Below, piece by piece: positions 57,077 through 64,000 of a DNA stretch of 64,000 nt. The DNA comes from Minisyncoccota bacterium (GTDB taxonomy: Bacteria; Patescibacteriota; Minisyncoccia; UBA6257; 2-01-FULL-56-20): positions 1,990 through 65,989 of the forward strand of contig JANWIW010000030.1 of the NCBI GenBank assembly GCA_025449695.1, read 5' to 3'. The position numbers were made by a program, and so were the translations under genes. The notes below the pieces were generated by a model, which saw only the letters and a program-made list of their open reading frames with translations, ran no database searches and was not told the origin of the DNA. Every line of letters begins with the position of its first letter. The stretch's first letter is position 1.

Positions 57077-57823
57077 CTATTGCACGGTCAGGGTGCGGGT
57101 GATCAATATCGCCCCGCCCTGGGTCACGCGCAGGGTGTAGATACCGCTCTGTACCGTTACCGTCCAGGGGAACGAATTGCTCGCCGTCTGCCCGAGATAA
57201 GTGACGAGGCCATTTGCGCCGACAAGCTCTATGTTTGCACTACCCATACTGCTATTGAAGGGCGACCAAAGGATCGTGTAGAAGATGCCCCTCGTCACCA
57301 CGCTCACGTCCAGGTTGTTGCTATTCAAGACCTGGATCTGAGTGACCGGTTGGACCGGGTAAGCGCTGCCGCCGCAGTGGGAAGAGTACTGTCCGGAACC
57401 ATACTGGTTGTACGGGTACTGATTGGAGGGATACTGGTCATATTGATACTGGTTGTAACCGTACCCGTAGCAGCACTGATAGCTGTACTGCTGATAAGGA
57501 TATTGGTTGTATTGGTACTGGTTGTTGTACTGGTACTGGTTATACTGCGGGCAGTTGTTGTACTGGTAATTATTATTGTTTGTGTTCGAACACTGCCAAG
57601 ACTGCGTAGAGACGCCGTTCAGGTAACAGTAAGGGGCGCTCGTGGTTTGCTGTTGACCGGGAACGACCTGCTGCAGGTAGGCCGAGTTCTGGTTCACGTA
57701 TTGGATCGTCTGATTGGCGAGCGCGACCGCCTGGACCTGAGTAGGCCCCGGAATAGTGGGGTTATTGCTTACTGCGGCGAGCAGCGAATAAGCCAATTGG
57801 AGCAAAACGGCAGCGAAGGTCAT
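57077..57823 (-). CDS. secreted protein with Q/N/Y-rich low-complexity (prion-like) region and C-terminal beta domain
   Basis: Signal peptide, then repeats NNNNYQYNNCPQYNQYQYNNQYQYNQYPYQQYSYQCCYGYGYNQYQYDQYPSNQYPYNQY, then a roughly 100-aa C-terminal domain. The region has locally lower GC. Confidence 0.7.
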   Translation of the reverse strand: MTFAAVLLQLAYSLLAAVSNNPTIPGPTQVQAVALANQTIQYVNQNSAYLQQVVPGQQQTTSAPYCYLNGVSTQSWQCSNTNNNNYQYNNCPQYNQYQYNNQYQYNQYPYQQYSYQCCYGYGYNQYQYDQYPSNQYPYNQYGSGQYSSHCGGSAYPVQPVTQIQVLNSNNLDVSVVTRGIFYTILWSPFNSSMGSANIELVGANGLVTYLGQTASNSFPWTVTVQSGIYTLRVTQGGAILITRTLTVQ

Positions 57824-57858
57824 GAATACCTAGAGCCTGCCGCAATCTCCTCAGTTTG

Positions 57859-58341
57859 TCAATGAAGTTTAGATGAAGCTCCATTCTTTCCTGAAGGACG
57901 GGCCTTTTTCAGGCTTTGTCTCCATAGCAAGAAAAGACCGATGAAGTTGAGGCCGATAAGGAGAGCGAAAGGCGTGATGGAAAAACCGTCCAGGTCCAAT
58001 ACGCGGCCGCCTATCATGAAGGGCGCTTTGGAATAGAACCAGCCATAGCTGAGGGAGCCGAAGATACCGTACCCGATGAAGAGGATCCCCAGGCAGGTCA
58101 GTATAACCCCCGTCCAATCGAAGCGACGCAGCCTGAAGCCCCAACTCCTAAAGGAGCCGGATGGTCGCGCCTTCGCGACCGGCATGGCAAGCCGGACTAC
58201 AGGCGGAGGCGCGACAGCCTGGACAGGCGGCGAGACCGGCGCGGCGTCTCCCAAACGGTACGCATCGCGGGGCGGATGATTGTATCCGCCGCCAACGAGG
58301 AGGGGTTCCGAAGGCGCGGTTTTTGCGTGATTGCTATCCAT
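57859..58341 (-). CDS. hypothetical membrane protein with Pro-rich N-terminus
   Basis: ORF runs to 58410; the start was set at MDSNHAKT. 3 TM helices. Confidence 0.5.
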   Translation of the reverse strand: MDSNHAKTAPSEPLLVGGGYNHPPRDAYRLGDAAPVSPPVQAVAPPPVVRLAMPVAKARPSGSFRSWGFRLRRFDWTGVILTCLGILFIGYGIFGSLSYGWFYSKAPFMIGGRVLDLDGFSITPFALLIGLNFIGLFLLWRQSLKKARPSGKNGASSKLH

Positions 58342-58479
58342 GACAGTTCCAGCCGGGCCTCGCTTGCTCGCGGCTCCGGACGTCCAAGAACTTATCACGC
58401 CGAACTCCAAGTTGCAATAAAAAGTCCGCCCCGTTCCTCTTGATGGGAGGAGGGGGCGGACAAGGCGTACCGGAGCTCT

Positions 58480-58608
58480 CTATTGGGTCTTTTCTTCCGC
58501 CTGCGACGCATTATCTTTCGGCATGGTGTGGCCGCAGCCGTCGCATTTCATCATCTCCCCTTCTTGGCGCATGACATTGCCGCACTGGGGACATTTCACT
58601 TCGTCCAT
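58480..58608 (-). CDS. candidate 42-aa zinc-ribbon protein
   Basis: MDEVKCPQCGNVMRQEGEMMKCDGCGHTMPKDNASQAEEKTQ with two CxxC pairs. It lies 18 nt downstream of msrB on the same strand. Confidence 0.4.
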   Translation of the reverse strand: MDEVKCPQCGNVMRQEGEMMKCDGCGHTMPKDNASQAEEKTQ

Positions 58609-58626
58609 AGTGTTCCAAGTTGATTA

Positions 58627-59034
58627 TTAGCTCGACCTTTCTCCGGTTTCCGTTTTTTCGAGATCGAGGCAGACGGAGTTGATGCAATACCGCTTGCCGC
58701 CCTTGTCCTCTGGCCCGTCGTCGAAGACATGTCCCAGATGCGCCCCGCATCTCTTGCAGGCGACCTCCGTCCGGTGCATGCCATGATCGTCGTCCGGACG
58801 GAGCTCGACGTGTTCCAGATTGGCCGGCTCGGTAAAACTCGGCCAGCCCGTGCCGGAATCGAACTTTGTCCCGGATGAGAAAAGCTCCGCACCGCAGACC
58901 GCGCAGCGGTACATGCCCCGGGCATGTTCGTCCCAGTACTTGCCTGTAAACGGAGCCTCTGTCCCCTTCCGCCGCGCCACGCCGTAAAGTTCCGGCGAAA
59001 GTTCTTCGTTCTTCTTAATGGGTTGGCTGGTCAT
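58627..59034 (-). CDS. msrB: peptide-methionine (R)-S-oxide reductase
   Basis: CAVCGAELF...[10 protein letters not shown] zinc site and active-site motifs. The start was set at MTSQPIKK. Confidence 0.9.
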   Translation of the reverse strand: MTSQPIKKNEELSPELYGVARRKGTEAPFTGKYWDEHARGMYRCAVCGAELFSSGTKFDSGTGWPSFTEPANLEHVELRPDDDHGMHRTEVACKRCGAHLGHVFDDGPEDKGGKRYCINSVCLDLEKTETGERSS

Positions 59035-59127
59035 GGGGCGCTGTAGTTGTCGTAAATATTGTATCTGTTGTAATTGTTTGCGCATTGCAGTGAGAACATT
59101 ACAACAGCTACAACATTTACAACCTTG

Positions 59128-59700
59128 TTAGTTGTTATTTCTTAATAATCTTGCATACCTTTCTTTCAGCTTTTCCATCTTGGGATTAATGACCAGCTGG
59201 CAATATGGCGCGGAGGAGTTGTTGCGGTAGTAGTCGCGATGATAATCCTCGGCCGGGTAGAACTCGTTAAGAGGCGCGACTTCGGTCACGGCTTTCGGCC
59301 CACCGCCCTCCGGGCGAGCCTCGCCTATGGGCGGGTCTTCGTTCAGCTTAGCGATGAAGGCTTCCGCGGCCTTCCTTTGCGCTTCGTTCGTAAAGAGCAC
59401 CGTGGAGCGGTACTGGGTGCCCACATCCGCGCCCTGCCGGTTCAACTGAGTCGGATCGTGGCTCGCGAAAAAGACCGTGAGCAGGTCCTCATAAGAGATC
59501 TCATCCGGATCGTACTCGACCCGGATAACCTCGGCATGCCCCGTCGTACCCCCGGAAACCTGCTCATAGGTCGGGTTCGGAACCGATCCCCCGGCATAGC
59601 CCGGCATGACCGCTCGCACGCCCTTCAACTCGCTGAAGACCGCCTCGGTACACCAGAAGCAGCCTCCGCCGAACACCGCGATCTCCAGAGCCTGGGTCAT
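59128..59700 (-). CDS. msrA: peptide-methionine (S)-S-oxide reductase
   Basis: GGGCFWCTEAVF active site. The start was set at MTQALEIA to avoid overlap with the divergent methyltransferase gene. Confidence 0.85.
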   Translation of the reverse strand: MTQALEIAVFGGGCFWCTEAVFSELKGVRAVMPGYAGGSVPNPTYEQVSGGTTGHAEVIRVEYDPDEISYEDLLTVFFASHDPTQLNRQGADVGTQYRSTVLFTNEAQRKAAEAFIAKLNEDPPIGEARPEGGGPKAVTEVAPLNEFYPAEDYHRDYYRNNSSAPYCQLVINPKMEKLKERYARLLRNNN

Positions 59701-59797
59701 GGGAATATCGTTCCATGATACACCATGGCCCTGGTTGACGCATGAATACACGCGAACCAGACCGGCCCGCGTTCGCATTTCTGATATAATTTCCGTC

Positions 59798-60523
59798 ATG
59801 GTCAAGCTGCTGTTCCGCCGCCTCTTTCCTCGTTCCAAGACCGATTTCCCCATCGCCTACATAGCGAACAGGTTCTTTACGACCCGTGCCGGGAAAGGGC
59901 CTGTCCTCATCATAGGTGACCATTTAAACCGGGAATATGAGTCCTTTCGGGACAAATTCCCGGAGGTCTACTCCCTGGACATCGTGCCGAATAACGGCCG
60001 GGTCAAGGAAGGATATTACATCCAGCAGTCCATCGAAGACCCCTTGAAGTTCAAAGATGGGCACTTCGGGACGATAATCATGGGCGAGGTGATCGAGAAC
60101 CTGTGGAGGGATAGGGACGCGCTCATCGAGCTGAGACGGGTCCTCTCTGATGATGGGGTGTTCCTGTTAAGCCTTGAATTCTATGCCGATGAGCCCTTGC
60201 ACTATCACATCTACTCTCCTGGGTCCATTGAACTCCTTTTGCACTACAGCGGCTTCGAGATCGAGGAAATGCGCTACAGCGGCCTTATCCCTAAGATGAT
60301 AGGTACCAAGGTGACGGGATTGATGGCAGTCCTGCTGTATCCCTTTTTGGGTAAGAATGCCCTAAAAAAATTCACCGGCTTTACGGGTTTCCTGGACGGC
60401 TTGCTTAGCCAATCAAAGTCCCTGAACGGCATATTCGAGATGTCCGCGTATGTGAAAGCTCGCAAGGCAGCGATACCCTCTCCTCTCGAACCCCAGGTGG
60501 AATATTACGAGAAGGTCTTTTAG
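59798..60523 (+). CDS. class I SAM-dependent methyltransferase-like protein
   Basis: VLIIGDH...DGHFGTIIMGEVIENL...DGVFLLSLE resembles a Methyltransf_11 fold. The start is MVKLLFRR at 59798. Confidence 0.55.
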   Translation: MVKLLFRRLFPRSKTDFPIAYIANRFFTTRAGKGPVLIIGDHLNREYESFRDKFPEVYSLDIVPNNGRVKEGYYIQQSIEDPLKFKDGHFGTIIMGEVIENLWRDRDALIELRRVLSDDGVFLLSLEFYADEPLHYHIYSPGSIELLLHYSGFEIEEMRYSGLIPKMIGTKVTGLMAVLLYPFLGKNALKKFTGFTGFLDGLLSQSKSLNGIFEMSAYVKARKAAIPSPLEPQVEYYEKVF

Positions 60524-60533
60524 CCGGTACGCG

Positions 60534-61097
60534 TCAAGCCTTTTCCGTGAACACTACGATCCGCTCGCTGTAAACCTTCTTGTCCTTCAGCCAAACGCCG
60601 CCACAGGTGATGAGGTTCAGGCGGCTCGGCGTGTCCATCGCGAAGACTTCCTCCGCTCTGGCGTCGTAGGGGTATCTTTTCTTCTCGAAGACGCGGAAGG
60701 TGACCGTCTTTCCGTCCGTATCCCGGACCTGCACCTCGTCCCCCACCTGGAGCTTGTCCAGGTCGTAGAAGACCGCTTCGGGCGTCAGCTTGGTGTCCAG
60801 ATGCCCTGCCATGACCGCGCTGCCGGGCATGCCCGGCCGGGAACCCAGCTTGTACCAGGCCACGTCGAACTGGTTGCCGGGAACGCCCATATTGCCCTTC
60901 TGGTCCAGGCCGACCGGGACCACGGGCGCATCCACCCGGATGGCCGGGATGACTATCCGCGCCGGATCGGCGTACGGCGCGACTATCTGCATGCCCGCGG
61001 GGGGCGAGATGAACGTGACCTCGTTCACGGCCAAAAGCAATGCGCCTATGGCGAAAACTATTACCAGAACCAATGCCCATTTCCAGAATGTTCTCAC
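60534..61097 (-). CDS. sortase-family transpeptidase (membrane-anchored)
   Basis: N-terminal TM, His (MAGHLD), Cys (LNLITCGGVW) and Arg (RIVVFTE). Paralogous to the catalytic domain of 32280..33140. Confidence 0.7.
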   Translation of the reverse strand: MRTFWKWALVLVIVFAIGALLLAVNEVTFISPPAGMQIVAPYADPARIVIPAIRVDAPVVPVGLDQKGNMGVPGNQFDVAWYKLGSRPGMPGSAVMAGHLDTKLTPEAVFYDLDKLQVGDEVQVRDTDGKTVTFRVFEKKRYPYDARAEEVFAMDTPSRLNLITCGGVWLKDKKVYSERIVVFTEKA

Positions 61098-61252
61098 GCC
61101 TTAAGCCTAGGCCAAGGCGATGAATCCAAAATGAAGCGAACCGTAAGACGGTCACCCGCCCATGCGTCTAAAGAAAACTTTTAACCGGAACAGGGAGGCC
61201 CTGCCCGCTTTTTTCGCGATGATCCAATAGCCTTTAAGGCGCCAGAGAAAGG

Positions 61253-63088
61253 TCATAGGAACTCTTCTTTATAACATTGTTCGCAGTAAATGGCCTCCGG
61301 CGCCCCCGGCGGGTAGGTGGTCTCAAAACGGTTCGCGCACGGCGCATCCCCGTGAGAATGCGTAACAGTGTTCACGTAGGCATCTCCGCCGTTCTTTCCC
61401 CGGCACATGCAAGCTCGGGAATAGAGCCGGAACTCGTTTACCCATTGCAGCCGCTCGCGGTGCCGGCAGTTCGGGCAAAGCCGCGGCAGGGCGATGTGCA
61501 TGGTCCGGTAGAACTGCAGCTCTTCAGGGGTTATGCGGAAAGCGGTCGTGCATTCGTGGTCGCAGGTCCCTTTCCCCTTCGTCCCAACTTCGCTCAAACT
61601 GCGATGGGCACGCAAGGCCTCGGGAGACGCGGCGTGGGCGCAGCCGATCACCTGGTCCACGATGGAGTTCTCGACGTCCGCGATGTGGTCGGGCAGGTCT
61701 CCGGGATGCATGGAGATCTCATAAGCTCTATCCGGCGGATCGCGCCATGCCAGGCCTTCGGCGAGGACTTGTTCCCTTGTCTTCGGGTACCACTTAAGGG
61801 CGATAGTCTCGTTGTAGGCGTATGCGGATAGTTCCATAGGAAAGAACTCGCCGAACCCGTAGGTCCGGCCTTTCTTGTCCACGTACGGCATCTCGCCCAT
61901 GTGGGCCACGATCTTCTCCCGCAAGGCGTGGTACTCCTTCTCGGAATACTGCTTGTTCAGGATACAGTGCTTCTTGTTGCGAATGGTGATGCAACCGAAT
62001 AGGTTTACCGAGTTAGGGGAGAAATCGCAGTACATGATGTCCCTGGATCCCCGGCTGCCCGCCGTAAAAGCGCACCGCTGGGCCTGGGTGACCCCATAGA
62101 CCTCATAGAGCAGCTCGGAGGTGTCGCCGCCGCCTGTTACGTCATAACTGTCCTTAAGATTCAGTCCTCCAACATAGATGTACTTGCAGTTCTGCACGCC
62201 GTCCAGAGTGGAAAAGCACATCTGGCAGTCCTTGGTGGAGCGTATGACATCCCCTTTCACGTTCTGGCTGTTCAGGACATGGGCGTAGCGCCGGGGCGTG
62301 GCCAGGCAAAGGGAGCGGAACTTCTCCTTGGCCTCTTCCAGGCGCTTGTAGCTGCCCAAGTCCCAATAGGCCATCTCCTTGGCATACTCTTCTTTGGAGA
62401 GCTGTTCGTTGAACAGGCGGTATTTCTGTTTGCGCATGTTCACGCAACCGAAGCAATCCGAACACCCGACGCAATTGAAGAGGAACGACGAATCCAGACA
62501 GTCGTCCGAGAAATAGGCGTAACGCGTGCGGTATAGCCGGTCGGAGTGGACGGCCTCGTAGGCATGGTCGGAATTGTCGGTCACATAAGCGTCGAAGGAA
62601 TGCCGCGAGAAGAGCAGCGCGTCCGCGTATTGGGAGTCCTCCGAAAAGTAGCTCCAGAAGGTCAGGTAGCAGTTCTTGCAACTGCGGCATGCATGGGTGA
62701 ACTCGCTGTTCACGCAGTTGATACTCGTAAGGCCCGGCCGCGGCACCGCCTCCATGAGGTCGCGGTACTGCGCGAAAAAAGGACGGGAGAAATCGTAGTC
62801 CCGGCCGTAGTCCAGGGCATCCCACTTGTCCGACCACCAGCACTCGCGGCAATAGACCGTGAACGGCCCGCCTGGCGCGTGGATGCTGATCATGGACCGG
62901 CCGCACAGCCTGCAGGTGTCCCGGTAGAGGGTACGGTCCTCCCGCCAGGCCGAACGGCGCATGTCCCGGCAGGGCGGGCACCAGGTCGGGGCAGGCACGC
63001 CGATACTCTTATAGAACCCGATATCGGCGGGTTCGATCGTGAAGTCTTGCCCGCAGTTCGCGCATGTCCGCGTCCCGGTCTCCGTCAT
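61253..63088 (-). CDS. Cys-rich multi-zinc-ribbon protein paralog
   Basis: The start was set at MTETGTRTCANCGQDFTIEPADIGFYKSIGVPAPTWCPPCR. It has the same architecture and internal repeats (..NEQLSKEEYAKE / ..LNKQYSEKEYHAL, NCVGCSDCFGC) as 392..2197. Antisense ORFs 62154..62981 and 62546..63451 are rejected. Confidence 0.7.
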   Translation of the reverse strand: MTETGTRTCANCGQDFTIEPADIGFYKSIGVPAPTWCPPCRDMRRSAWREDRTLYRDTCRLCGRSMISIHAPGGPFTVYCRECWWSDKWDALDYGRDYDFSRPFFAQYRDLMEAVPRPGLTSINCVNSEFTHACRSCKNCYLTFWSYFSEDSQYADALLFSRHSFDAYVTDNSDHAYEAVHSDRLYRTRYAYFSDDCLDSSFLFNCVGCSDCFGCVNMRKQKYRLFNEQLSKEEYAKEMAYWDLGSYKRLEEAKEKFRSLCLATPRRYAHVLNSQNVKGDVIRSTKDCQMCFSTLDGVQNCKYIYVGGLNLKDSYDVTGGGDTSELLYEVYGVTQAQRCAFTAGSRGSRDIMYCDFSPNSVNLFGCITIRNKKHCILNKQYSEKEYHALREKIVAHMGEMPYVDKKGRTYGFGEFFPMELSAYAYNETIALKWYPKTREQVLAEGLAWRDPPDRAYEISMHPGDLPDHIADVENSIVDQVIGCAHAASPEALRAHRSLSEVGTKGKGTCDHECTTAFRITPEELQFYRTMHIALPRLCPNCRHRERLQWVNEFRLYSRACMCRGKNGGDAYVNTVTHSHGDAPCANRFETTYPPGAPEAIYCEQCYKEEFL

Positions 63089-63122
63089 GGTCTGATTGTA
63101 GCAAGTTGCTATACTTTGCCCT

Positions 63123-64000
63123 ATGAAGCCCATCCAGATCATCGTCCCGGGCGGCCTCAATACCGATTTTGTCGCGCAAGGCGTGAGAAAGCTCGCCGGC
63201 AAGGGCGAGCTCGTGACCGGCAAGGAGCTGAAGATAGGTCCCGGCGGCAAATCGAGGAACGTGGCCCAGATGATCGCCACGCTCACAGGACCGGGGAAAG
63301 TGGCTATGATCGGCAGGACGACCAAGGACCCCTTCGGTCTTTATCGGGTGCCTATGGACGCCCTGAAAGACGCCGGGGTAAACACCGCATACGTGGAGGT
63401 GCTCGAGTTCACCGGCACTTTCCCCGGCATCGCCCTCATCCCCGTGGATGAGGAGGGTAACAACCAGATCTATCTTTTACCGGGCGTGAACAGCGGATTT
63501 TCCCCTGCCGGCATCGATGCAGCGGAGAAGCTCTTCCAAGCGGCGGGGAGCTCGGGCATGCTGGCCCTTTCCCTGGAATTACCGATCGAGACGGCGCTCC
63601 GTGCTATGGACCAGGCTGTGAAACACGGCCTCCGGATCATCCTTGACCCGGGCGGCATCGAGCCCGGCGCGGATCATGGACGCCTCCTTAGCAAGGATAT
63701 CTTCCTCCTCAAACCGAACGAGTACGAAGCCGAAATATTGAGCGGCGTTACCGTTACGGATCTCAAAAGCGCTGGAAAGGCGGCTTCCCTTCTCATGCAA
63801 AAAGGCCCGCAAAACGTCCTGATCACGGCCGGGGTAGATGGCGCTTATCTTTTCACGCCGGAAGCGGGACAGCACATCCCGGTCCCGGACATCGCTTCCA
63901 GCTCGGGCGAAAAAGATGAGACTGGCTGTGGCGACCAGGCCATGGCCGCCATCTGCGCCATGATCGCGGAGGGCAAAGATGTCGCGGAGGCCGCGAGGCT
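63123..64000 (+). CDS. PfkB-family sugar kinase (ribokinase-like), 3'-truncated by the window end
   Basis: Hand translation MKPIQIIVPGGLNTDFV...GPGGKSRNVAQMIATL...DETGCGDQAMAAICAM shows the PfkB signatures. It is absent from the ORF track because no stop falls in the window. Confidence 0.8.
   Translation, partial: MKPIQIIVPGGLNTDFVAQGVRKLAGKGELVTGKELKIGPGGKSRNVAQMIATLTGPGKVAMIGRTTKDPFGLYRVPMDALKDAGVNTAYVEVLEFTGTFPGIALIPVDEEGNNQIYLLPGVNSGFSPAGIDAAEKLFQAAGSSGMLALSLELPIETALRAMDQAVKHGLRIILDPGGIEPGADHGRLLSKDIFLLKPNEYEAEILSGVTVTDLKSAGKAASLLMQKGPQNVLITAGVDGAYLFTPEAGQHIPVPDIASSSGEKDETGCGDQAMAAICAMIAEGKDVAEAAR

Noticed and set aside
62154-63451. Two long plus-strand ORFs (275 and 301 aa)
   Set aside because: Antisense to the Cys-rich paralog 61253..63088; R/P/G-rich composition.
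1-64000. CRISPR array
   Set aside because: No short direct repeats with regular spacer periodicity were found. The only tandem repeats are the 184-bp pair 960 bp apart and a 33-bp duplication at 40640-40720.

Overview
The window is a compact, roughly 60% GC bacterial chromosomal segment. Its gene content is consistent with a small-genome Patescibacteria/CPR-like organism or other Gram-positive-type lineage, but that cannot be confirmed from sequence alone. It carries about 65 protein-coding genes, mostly on the minus strand, and one tRNA-Gln(UUG). Recognisable housekeeping genes are pepA, pyrR, murD, murB, murQ, secA, hpf, rpmA, rplI, ctpA, def-fmt, tig, mscL, msrA, msrB and zupT. There are two two-component systems, an ABC exporter, an AI-2E transporter, two sortase-like proteins and a TPM-domain protein.

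The main non-routine content:
- A family of very Cys-rich multi-zinc-ribbon proteins of about 600 aa with internal duplications. Three paralogs are present: 1..257 partial, 392..2197 and 61253..63088.
- A family of short GC-rich MITE/REP-like palindromic repeats with TGTCATYC...GRATGACA termini. At least eight intergenic copies are present. One near-identical tandem pair flanks a small cassette at about 52.2-55.1 kb that encodes a DUF4258-like protein and a Cas4/RecB-type PD-(D/E)XK nuclease.
- A low-GC island inserted immediately 3' of tRNA-Gln, about 24.0-28.7 kb. It carries oxidoreductase, methyltransferase and VOC genes, two families of repeated intergenic elements and a recurring 21-nt motif, TCCCACCTGCCCAG.
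- A candidate sRNA of about 95 nt with a strong sigma70-like promoter and an intrinsic terminator, lying between gtrA and murB.
- A secreted Q/N/Y-rich low-complexity (prion-like) protein.
- A trigger factor that lacks the PPIase domain.
- Several strong palindromes in divergent promoter regions.

No CRISPR array, rRNA, integrase or transposase was found.
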